DNA of 64,000 nt, taken from positions 1 to 64,000 of the forward strand of contig JYFJ02001515.1 of NCBI GenBank assembly GCA_000934665.2, written 5' to 3'. Below, in pieces: positions 50,701 through 61,393 of this stretch (its first letter is position 1; each line of letters starts with the position of its first letter). A program made the position numbers and the translations under genes. The stretch is from Catajapyx aquilonaris. Lineage: Eukaryota. Below the pieces are notes generated by a model that worked only from the letters and a program-made list of their open reading frames with translations, did no database searches and had not been told where the DNA came from.

Positions 50701-53376
50701 ATAAGTAAGTAACGATTTAGTGTCCCTCTCACATGTCTTTACAATAATTCTTACTAGCCTGTGAAAATGATCTCTATTTTTTCTTGATGTTATGCATAAA
50801 TATTTATGCAATGCAGTGACGTCAGAAAGCTAGCGTCAAAGCTTTATGCATGGCAGTAGTATGTGAAGTCACCTGACGTCACCTAATGAAACACTTAAAA
50901 TGAGTCTTCTCATTGGTGCGAAGGAAAAGGCATCCTTTATGAGACTCTCTTAGGCTTGCTAACTAATGTAAGTGGCATTTGGCTGCTATGAAACTACTAA
51001 CACCCAGACAAATCCTTTGACGGCTGGGCATTGCTAATGAATACCTGAGCCTGCAGAATTAGGTTCTCATTCTCTTTTTATGTGCAGATGTTAAAATTTA
51101 ATCACACCAAGCGTACATTGCAAGTGGATGAAAATCCAGCATGTCTTCCATGATGTTCACAGTGTTATTTTTATCTTTCAGAGCGGCAATTAAGAAGTGT
51201 GTGAACGCTGGTAGTCCAGACCTCTACGGCCACTACAGGGAAGCCAAATTTACACAGACAAAGCACCACTGGTGGTGGAAAGCAAACCGGGTGTTTGACC
51301 AGCTGGAGATCACTCGGAACCATACAGGTTAGTGTAAACACAGCTTTTGGCAGCCCTATGGCAATGTGTGCTCAGAAGCTGCATATTGAAGCTTGCGAGC
51401 TGGTTTAAAATTGCTAGAAATAGTTGAGCACCCTATAAATACTTTTAAAAACATTTTCAGGTCTAGTCTTGTTTTTGGAGGAGGACCACTACGTGGCAGA
51501 GGATTTTTTGTCAGTATTAAAGCTGATGGACAAAACGCGCAGAGCCAGCTGCGAGAAGTGCAACATCTTGTCCCTTGGGACCTACCTGAAAACACACAAT
51601 TACTATGCTGACAGCAAAAAGGTGAGACAATTTTTGCACTACTGCCGGTAAAAAAGTACTTGTTCTGTTAATTTTTTGGGGTTGAAGTGAAGTTTTTTGC
51701 TTTGTGTTTTTGTGGTGGTGTCATACATTTTTTTTGTGGGGAGCGATCAGGACAGACTAACAATGCATGTTGCTTATCTGCGGACAGCCCCAAGTTTGAT
51801 TTATCAGTTGGAAGAGAAAAGAGCGAGTGCCTGACACTTCCGCCACAAACTAATCTCTTCTGGGAATTGTAAGCTGCATTGATTTTGACAGACTGGTTGG
51901 GCCAGTGAATAAAAAGTGAATAGGTTGGGATGAGGGGGCTTTTAAAAAAAAACAAGTGGCTTAATGTGAAGAGACCTGCTTCTGTATTTCCTTTGGGGGC
52001 TGGTTTTTTTTTGCATTGCAGAGGGGCGGCTCGAAAGGCTCATGGCCCACCCTTGTGAGTACCTCATGGGCCTTCTCTTCTGTGCTACCCTCTCTCTACC
52101 AGCACTTTCACAAGGTATTAAGCCTGGAAAGCCTTAATAATTTGTGGGACATGCATGATTAGGTTTTTTAAAAAAATGACACATGTCAACTTTCACTAAC
52201 TCACACTTTGATTTGTGACATTTGTGTGTGTCTGTGCTTGTCTTGCTTGCGAAGCTATGTCATTATTCATTTTTACCCGTTTGCATCAGTCTGGTTTGTG
52301 GATGGTCACAATTTTGCTACCTTGTACAGAATCTGTACATCCTTGTTAGCAGCTAATGGACAGCAGTTCACATGTGTATGATTTATTGGTGGTAGAAATA
52401 TTATTGTATGGACAGTAGAGCTTCCAAAGGCATGAAGGCGTAACATTGCCTACTTATTATCAAGTAAATTTTTTTCAGCATGAAAAGAGTTTAGCAATGT
52501 AGGTACTGTATAATCACCTCATTTATGGTATGGAAATTTGTTTTCGTAGTCACACCTTGCAACAGGTTCATGTGATGACGTTTCATTGCCTTTTTTTAAA
52601 ATACTGGATTGTAAGACTTGCTTCGTGAAAGCGGTCATTTACTACATTTCTGGGCAATGAAATATGACCACATGAATATACCTTTAGTGCACTGCCATAG
52701 ACCTGCATGGATTAATAGTGTCCATTGGCTCACATACTTTCCCGTAAAACTATAGGCAGAGATAACGCCATGGATAAGCAGCAAGCATAATATGGGCATG
52801 AGTATCAACCGCGAGACATGGTCGGAGATAAAGCGGTGCGCGGAATTCTTCTGCACCTATGACGACTATAACTGGGACTGGAGTCTTCAGCACATCTCTC
52901 AGTCGTGCCTGAAGCACAAATTCCATGCCATGGTTATGAAGGGGCCTCGTGTCTTCCACATTGGCGAATGGTGAGTCGCACAGGGAACTTTACATTTGTC
53001 TTATTCGCTTGAGAGGATTGTTTTTATCATGTCCTAATTATGTGATGCAATTCAATAACTGGCACTTTAGTGTGAACTTGGAATAGTCAGCCCGTTATTT
53101 GCATGCAAATGAAGTATTCCATCTGCAGAGTACAATATTAATGCTATGTGTTTTGACAGTGGGGTCCACCACAAGAAGAAGAACTGCGAGTCGACAGCAG
53201 TTGTTGTGAAGGTTCAGTCGCTCCTGAGGGGAGCGGCCAAGTACTTGTTTCCCGCCCGACTGATGTTGGTGCAAGTGACGGCCAACAAGAAGCTTAAGCT
53301 GAGGAAGGGCAATGGAGGGTGGGGGGACAGAAGGGACCACAGGCTTTGCATGAACATGACCAGGCCACATAGGTAG
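47712..53376 (+). CDS. MGAT2: Alpha-1,6-mannosyl-glycoprotein 2-beta-N-acetylglucosaminyltransferase (GlcNAc-TII, GT16), ~479 aa without the cassette exon
   Basis: Exons 47712-47850 (alternative same-phase donor at 47814), 49972-50533, 51182-51327, 51461-51621, [52022-52114], 52756-52970, 53160-53376. Type II membrane anchor MVRRRTASFVKTAAFLFGITFLWLQL; motifs VVQVHTR, LVFSHD, IDFCKVMQIFYP, YGHYREAKFTQTKHHWWWK, LEEDH, SSKHNMG, FCTYDDYNWDWSL, PRVFHIGECGVH, GGWGDRRDHRLC. Confidence 0.95.
52022..52114 (+). CDS. MGAT2: Putative alternatively spliced in-frame cassette exon of MGAT2 (31 aa, or 11 aa via an internal donor)
   Basis: T-rich tract ending TTGCAG; 93 nt, phase 0-0, no stop, RGGSKGSWPTLVSTSWAFSSVLPSLYQHFHK; donor AAG|GTATT; internal in-frame donor CTT|GTGAGT after 52054. 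Confidence 0.7.
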
Positions 53377-56346
53377 TACTAGTGGAAACGATTTTTTTTT
53401 GTTCTCATCCCTCCCCTTCTGCATCACTCCTTCATCTTTTTTTTTTTCCATCACGTTCCACTACAGTTACTTGATAAACACAGCATCTGTGAAGTGGAAG
53501 TGTATAAGTTGCCATCTTAAGAACCTGAGTGGCGTCTCAGTGTAAATGGTCGCTGGCAAAGTCGCACTCGTGAACATTGCCAGGTGCAATTATTTACACT
53601 CGCATCACTTACGTGAGTGGTGATTGAAATGTGTTCATTTTTTTGTTATATTCGGGAGTAGACAAAATGTGGCAGTGGATGTTATGTGGGCCAAAAAAAA
53701 GAGAAACAGTGGTTTTTTTTTTGAAACCAAGAACTAAGCGCCAAAAGCAGACTCTGAACCTAGTCAGTCTTGCTGATTATGTAATAATTTTCATTTGAAA
53801 GGCAATATTCAATGAACCTTTCTCAAATGAATAAGCAGCAAGGTTGGCCTCTCCTCATCCCACCTCCCCCCTCGTCCGACTTCCTATATACCTTACCCGA
53901 AACTAGTCAAGTTTTGCCAGTCAACGTTGCACTTATGCTGCCTTTGGTTCCCACGACTTTTTTCCCATTTCCAGTTTTGTCATGTCCTCTACTAGCTTTC
54001 AATGATTTTTTTTTTTCCTTCTGAAAATATGAGGAAAGATCAGCCCTTAGTTTTATCATTCTCTCTCACACAGTGGATGAAAGGCCCATTGTAGATGAAA
54101 TATTGTTGCTGAAACATGTTTTAGTTGGCATGATCGTTTGATTATTGTTTTTCCGGGCTCAGTGCAACAATTAGTGACTCTTCATTAAAACAAGGTGCTG
54201 ATAGTGTTTTTCCCCAGCCTCTTAAATTCTAGTGATAGTGAATGTGGTTAGGTATAAGTGTGACTATGCACTTTTTGATGCCATACATTTTTGAAATGGC
54301 AATTCTTCCGATGGGGAAAAAAAGTTTCAAACAAAAATTGTGGAGACTTTTTTTTTTTTGGAGTCGTGAGAGGTACAAATGAACAATGGACACCTTTATA
54401 AGAAGTAAGAAATATAATGCTAAAGAAACTATCTAGTTGCCCCATGACTTGGCTTCACTTTTTTTTTTCTTCTCAAACATTGGATATTAGATGTCATAAA
54501 TGGATGTAAGTTATATTTGGATACATCGCAGTGTTACAAGAGAACGTTAATTTTTTATTGCCATAAATGCGCAAGCAGATTTTCTCTCATTTTTTTAGCA
54601 GAGTGTGTGGGGCATACACGATTATATGGAGAACTTTTTTTTTTTCTCTTCCTAAGGCTTTTGTGTTCTTTAAAAAGCAAATGTGGGGATCAATCATACA
54701 GTGCAACTCAAGTACTTGGACTGTGGTTCAGTTTGGCAATGTGTGGGAATAATGTTTAGCGTCTGAATGTTCCTTCTTGTTGGGTTGGTTTTTCCCACAT
54801 TGTTGCCTGCTTGATCACATTTCTTCCCTTGTGCCTTTCCTTCCCGTTCGTTCTCATATGTTGGTCAAAGGTATGTTCAATCCAGTGTGGGTTTCAACAA
54901 GTTTCAAGTCCAGTTTTTTTTTACTTCAGAGTGGTACGATGCGGACACCTTAAGTGTAGATCACTGTCAAGGTGCAGCGAAACCTGTATACAATAGTGGA
55001 ATCATTCCATCCTGCGAAAATTTTATATACTATCAATCAACGCAAAACTAGGAAAGGCATATATTCACATGTCTCCGATCTGGTTCCTGATTTTTCTGAT
55101 TGCCGTTGCTTAAAATGCCGTCCGTTTTTGGGTTAAACAGGTTCCGCTGCATCGGACAAAGATGCATAGGAAATTCTATCTTGCTGCCAGGACCGCAAAA
55201 TTTCACTGTACCATGAATTCTACAGAATCTGAGGCTAAACCGTTGTATTCCCATATACCTTAGCTACTGAGGCCACAAGGTTTAATGAAAGTTAGTTTTA
55301 GGTGCCTGTAAATAACAGCGAAGAAATTGCATGACAGAGTAGTGCAAATGAAAGTCACCGGTTCTCCCCTTGTTAACCTACAACTCTTTCATATAAGTTA
55401 CCACTCCAAGTTCTCATTAAAGACAGGAAATGATGTGTAACTAGTGCTGAAGGAATATTGATACTCTCTGCAATTATGCAAAATTCCATGATCTTGACAT
55501 GAAGAGAGGCCTAGGTTCAAAAGTGGTACTTTCCGACAAGTAAAAATTGGTCTTGGAACTTTTTCAAACCCACCATGTGTAATGTGTACGCTTATTAAGT
55601 TTTTCTCATCTTTTTTGTATTTAAAAAAATTAGTGTGTTGTAACGGGAAGAGCAAAACTGACCAAATATTGAGGCACTTAATGATGACGAAGTTGTTTCT
55701 TCCAATTGCAAACTGCGGTCTACCAATTCATGTGATTGCATTTTATTCACTCCCCTTTTTTTTTCCGTGACGGCCACCTAAAAAAAATTGACGTTTCTGA
55801 GGAATCGGGTGGCTCGAAGCGCACTCTTTATCTCTGCACTTCTGTTTGACAAAAATGTAGAGTTTTAAAATTTATGCTTCATTGGACTGCAGTGTGTATT
55901 TGTGAGGTAAATATTGTGATCAGTCCTACAGTGATACAGTTCTTTTTTTTTTCCGTACTGAGCGTGATCTGACACAGTGTACATGTACAGGAGACAATGT
56001 GGTTTTGTTTTTTTTGTCACCGCTATCCTCTAGCACTGAGTATAATATGAGAAATATCTGGTATTTATAAAAGTGGATAAGTGACGTGTTGAGCTGCTGT
56101 GCGGTTGTTTTTTTTTATAATTAATTCATTTTTGCCAGTTGCAATATTTGTTTGCTTGAAGTGTGATACAAAGAACTTTCACGATAATGAAAATGTGTAC
56201 TCTTGACGAGTCATTATTCGTTTCAGGGATAATTATGTTTTCTTTTCCAATCATCTACATCGTGATTGTTTTATTTTGTGAAATGGAAGTCAAATAATCA
56301 TGCCAAAGAGGTGTGCATTACTTTATGTCATTTTTATTCGAGAACC

Positions 56347-56905
56347 TTAACCCACGTTTGCTTGGTACTGGGATTGGAACATGTTAGCAGCTATCGGCTT
56401 GCCCAGGGAATATTTATGGGCAAAACGGCGAGTAGAAAATCTCATTCGTTTGGTTATTGCGTCGTGCGATATGAATGGCTCGGTGAAGTCGATCTTGCTT
56501 GGCTGTTTGTAAAGAAGGAATACGTAACGGTGCAGTCCAGTCCATCTGGGTGGACCAGACCCACGGTACATTGCCATGACTTGACCCTTGGAAATCTCCG
56601 ATCCCAGTATGTTGACAACCATCCAATGGTTGACTTCCCTGAATATTGGCAGGCGACGGCTCAGGGCATCTGGATCTGAAAAGCCATTCGCTTGGAAAAA
56701 CATGCGATGTTCAAGTGCAATGGGACTGACCTGTCATGCAGAGTGTGTAGAAAGTGTCTGGCTCAGCTTCCCACGTCACACTAGGTTCAGCTGCCACCTG
56801 ATTTGGGGTAAGCTCGTTGCCCTGCTCAACTTTTAAGATGCCATAACTGACTTGCAAGAGTGCGTCAGGTAATTCATCCAGCACATCCGGAACAAGCGAA
56901 TCCAT
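56347..56905 (-). CDS. PEBP/OV-16-like protein, paralog 3 (most diverged), 2 coding exons, 167 aa
   Basis: Exons 56905-56731, 56675-56347. VPDVLD, GNELTP, FYTLCMTDPDALSR, REVNHWMVVNI, YRGSGPP, GLHRYVFLLYKQP. Frame is intact. Confidence 0.9.
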
Positions 56906-57542
56906 TGCTGGTTGTTCAGTGAGAATTCTGCTTGGAAACTAGCGTACTTCAACTGACCGTATTCACAAGTCATGCGCTTGACCTTGGTGTAACTGTGGTA
57001 ATGTGTGGATCCATAAGAGGGCAGTGCATATGCTGTTGGCCTTGTGATGTCACAGTAAACTAGGTACCGTCAGGCCAGTTTATGAACGTAGGCTACTTTT
57101 TAGAATGAACAGTATGCTGCAAAAATTGTCAGAACGCCTCGGAAATACCTCGATGTTTCATAGAGCTGAACTCGCTTGCTAAGTAGGACTAATTACACTA
57201 AAAATTGGAAGCCTGATAATTATAATCTTATCACCAGACAACCTTGAACCGGCATGAACTTTGCTGAAGGAGATTAAACTCGGCTGGAAAAATTTTGATG
57301 AGTGTTATTGCAGTAATGTTGCTGATAAGTTAAACGATAATAACAGCCAACAATACTAGTTATGCAGAAAAAATTGCGTAGATATTGATACGCTTGTGAA
57401 GTTCAGGTGTTGGGAAAGTGTCAGAAGAAAGTAACGGTTGATTTTTTTGGTGCATCAGTTTTATTGCTGGAGTGTTCTACAATCTACAAGCACAGTTCAT
57501 ATTGAACCGCAATAAATCCAGCCTTTGCCTCAGTCAAAGCGT

Positions 57543-58137
57543 CTATTTCGAATAGTTATCAACGTAAGAGTCATATTGTGCCTGATACATGTTTGCAGCT
57601 ACGGGTTGGCCCAAGGAGTACTTCTGGGCAAATTTTTGGGCCTTAAAATTTCTCCTGCTTTCTCTCTCGGCGAAAGGAATGTGTGACTCGGTGAAATTGA
57701 CCTTCCCAGGTTGTTTGTACAGTAGAAATATGTAGCGATGCAGTCCAGTTCCTTTAGGCGGACCCGAGCCACGGTATTCAACTAGTACTTGACCTTTAGA
57801 CAAGTCTGATTCAGGAATGTTGACCACTATCCAGTGACTTATCTCTCTGAATTTAGGGTCATTGCGACTCGGTGCATCTGGATCTGAAATCCAAGAAGTT
57901 CATTTTGGTAATATAGGAATTACTCGAGGAGTATCATTACATAGTAAAGATCGTACCTGTCATGCACAGGGTGTAGAATGTGTCAGGATCAGCTTCCCAT
58001 GACACGGCAGGTTGATCTTTGACCTGGGTTGGGGTCAGCTCGTTTCCTTGGTCCACTTGTACAGTGCCATACTTAACCTTCAGAATAGCGTTTGGAAGTT
58101 TGTCTAGCACATCTGGAACAATCTCATGCTTCTCCAT
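57543..58137 (-). CDS. PEBP/OV-16-like protein, paralog 2, 2 coding exons, 173 aa (short N-terminal extension possible)
   Basis: Exons 58137-57957, 57883-57543. [59 protein letters not shown]. Confidence 0.93.
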
Positions 58138-58935
58138 CCTGGTCGCTGCACCTGTCAGGGGGCAAGTGAGTCAAGTTCACGACAGATTGGCATGAAGCCA
58201 ATGATGTTTCTCAACCGCACGGATATGGATTGAGGTGCGTTTGATACTACCCAGATGGCGTGGAAATTGCCTGCCATGATTCACGCTCAGCCTCTGAATT
58301 AGCATGCATGTACTTATTGCCCGTCTCATTTTGAATGCCGTTTCCTTGACTTCCTGTTGTAGTTACAGAAAATCGCATAGGACTTATTCTCTCCCTTCAA
58401 TTAGGAGAAACACTGCTGTGGAGTTCGGTAGAGTGTTGTACCACTTTATTTCCTTACAGTGCGAGCAGATTCCCTATGTCGCAAATGAACAGACGGAAAT
58501 TTTGCCATGCGCTTCGCATTTTGAAATACGGCATGATTTGTTAGCCCAATCATTCTTCCCGTGACATGCACGTTATCAGCACTTCCTGGTAATTACTCAA
58601 GGCCTGTTCAAGGTTATATAATGCAAATCCTACTCTTGGTTGTCAAATTTATGGATCACAACTGTATGGCAAAATAGTGGTTGCAACAGGATTAAAAATT
58701 AAAATATCTCAGTAATTTTCAAGGGACTGATAAAATGACAGTAATTGGCTGGTGCGAAAGTATGACTGGCGTAAAAACATGGGACTTGTTTAGGCACAAA
58801 TTCAATCATTTACCAACTTTTTCATTTGATTTCTTTTATTCTTTGAAAGGGGGCAGAAAAGTACAACATCTAAACCCTGCACACTGGGCCATAATCAAAC
58901 ACAATTTTTAAATTTCATTTTCCATTATTGCTGCT

Positions 58936-59581
58936 TTACTTTCCTGAGAGCTGCTTGTACAGCTGGGGCACATAGTCGTCCCACTGGGCCTGGTATAAGT
59001 TGGTCGCAACAGGTTCTCCCAGCGCGTACTTCTTCGCAAACTTGCGGATAGCAAAGTTCCCTCGGTGGTCTCCGGAGCGATTGGTCAAGCGGGGCTCGTC
59101 GCACTTGATCTTCCCAGGCTGCTTGTACAGCACAAACACGTAGCGGTGGAGGCCTGTGTCCTTTGGAGGCCCGGAGCCCACATACTCGGACAGAACTTCT
59201 CCCTTGGAAATCTCGGACCCAGGGATGTTCACCACCAGCCAATGATGCCACTCACGGAACTTCGGGGTCGTGCGGCTAGGTGCATCCGGATCTGAAGTAA
59301 AAATACCATTAGAATATATCAGACGGATTCAACAGCCGGAAAAGCGCACCTGTCATGCACAGAGTATAGAAAGTGTCTGCTTCGGCATCCCAGGTGACAG
59401 TGGGCTGGTGCTTGACCTGCGTTGGGGTCAGCTCATTTCCCTGGCTGACCTCATGCGACCCATACTTGACGCTGAGTACAGTCGACGGGAGGCTGTCAAT
59501 CACATCAGGCTTGACGGAATGCTTGTCCATTATCTTCAATGCTTGGCTAGCAAACGTGCGCACCAGGCGACCCAATGACAT
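58936..59581 (-). CDS. PEBP/OV-16-like protein, paralog 1 (canonical), 2 coding exons, 195 aa from the first ATG or 178 aa from ATG 59530
   Basis: Exons 59581-59350, 59291-58936. [43 protein letters not shown]-terminal [18 protein letters not shown] typical of PEBP1/RKIP-like proteins. Confidence 0.95.
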
Positions 59582-59789
59582 CAAACACCTGCAATTAGTG
59601 TTAGTACTGTACACACTTATCCAGTACTTCACAGACAGGTCAAATAAAGGTCGATCAGATTAAACCGATTCCAATCTTGCCTATGTTGGTGTCTAAAGAA
59701 TGACAAGGTCTGTACCTACTCTAGTTAGTGCAAACGGCTTACCAGGTGGGAGTACATTAATTAAAAAATCGAGTAATTAAAAAGAGACG

Positions 59790-60277
59790 CACTTATTTTC
59801 GATGGAAGATGCTAGAAGAACGCCGGCGGGCTCATTCCTGTCGCTGCTAATGCCTGCTCAACTAAATCGACATTATTTTTAAAAATGAAATTTTACATCA
59901 ATCCACATTATTATAACTAAAATTCATATTAAATATAATATTACATTAGATTAATATGTGTATTAATCACTGTTTGTTTGTCAGCGGTCGGAATTTGGTC
60001 GACAATTAGTTGGAAAAAAAAGATGGCGGCCGAACGTGACACTGACGGAACGTGTTTCCTGGAATTTTATTTGGAATAATTGACATTATTTTAATTACAT
60101 GGGTCAATGCAGCAGCAAGGCCGGGTAGGGTGGTTCTTCTAGGAGTAGACTGAAGGTACAGAATGTTTTCTGTGGCGTTTTGGAGCATGTTGATTCGATA
60201 ATTGCGTGTGATTCGTTGCGTGGAACGTTTCATGACTGATTTTTTTTTTCCCAATTAAAATTGTTTGACAGGCCATC
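59790..60277. promoter_or_regulatory. Probable divergent promoter region between PEBP paralog 1 (-) and Rab28 (+)
   Basis: Head-to-head genes, ATGs ~700 bp apart, each ATG just after a splice acceptor (so 5' UTR exons lie here); YY1-like AAGATGGCGGC at 60020-60030. Confidence 0.5.
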
Positions 60278-61393
60278 ATGTCTGATTCGGAGGACGAGGG
60301 TGCGGATAAGCAGCTCAAGTTTATATTGGTGGGATCAGCTGGAGTTGGAAAGGTAAACGGCTTATTCGATTATGTAGAATATTTGGAAAGGCTAAGTACC
60401 AAAAATTATATATGAACGGTTATGCTCTATGTATACATATGTATCTTTTCGTTGCAGACGTGTGTGGCTACTAAGTACACTGAAGATTCATTTGTGAGAC
60501 AGTACCAGGCGACTGTTGGTGTTGATTTTTACTTGAAGAGGGCGGCTACTGTGGGAAACCGTAATGTGACCATTCAGATATGGGACATAGGAGGCCAATC
60601 GCTTTCAGGAAAGATGCTGGACAAATACATCTTTGGGACTCATGTTAGTAAAAAATGTGGATTCGGTATTATTTAAAAGAATATTTAAAATGCAGGTGAC
60701 AGATAAACTCGGTACTAATTATGTTACGATGTGACTTTTCCATTTCCACAGGCTGTTCTCCTGGTGTACGACATCACAAATTTCTCAAGCTTCGAAAGCT
60801 TGGAGGACTGGCTGGAATCAGTGAAGAAGATTATCATGTCTCAAGATCGCCTTCCAGCAATGGCGCTGGTTGGGAACAAATGTAAGGTTGATTGTTCCCC
60901 ACAGTTGGGATGCAATATATATTCGCAACTTTGTTTGAACAGGTGACTTGGAGCACCTTCGAGCCGTCAGACTGGACAAGCACCAGAAATTCGCACAGGA
61001 ACATGGGCTAACTTCACATGTCATCTCTGCCAAAACAGGCGAATCAGTATGTACTGAATGTGTAATGATTAGTTTAGCTTCTGGCCTTCTGTAATCACCA
61101 TTAAGAGCTTAAGAAAGAAGCTGCTGTCATTTATTATTATGAGGTCTAAAGGTTTATTATTTTCTGAATGTTTTTATGAACATGTATAAGACACTTATTT
61201 TTTATTTTCTCGTCTCTAGGTGGCTTTAACATTTCAAAAGGTGGCTGCTGAAGTTCTGGGAATCCGCCTGACGAAGGCGGAGCAAGAGCAGCAACAACCT
61301 GTGGTCAAGGCAGAGATTGTCAACTATCCACCTGAGCACATTCCAAATCCAGGTCACGGCTACGCCAGGACAGCAGTTTGCAATCTGCAATAA
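60278..61393 (+). CDS. RAB28: Ras-related protein Rab28, 5 exons, 222 aa
   Basis: Exons 60278-60352, 60458-60643, 60752-60881, 60943-61046, 61220-61393. [74 protein letters not shown], CaaX-type end CNLQ. Confidence 0.96.

Noticed and set aside
51808..51822. 15-nt microexon LEEKR in MGAT2 with a GC donor
   Set aside because: In frame, but donor AGA|GCGAGT is weak and the pyrimidine tract is poor; needs RNA evidence.
53374..53382. Stop-codon readthrough at MGAT2 TAG TAC TAG
   Set aside because: Not a TGA-CTAG-type context and a second stop follows after one codon.
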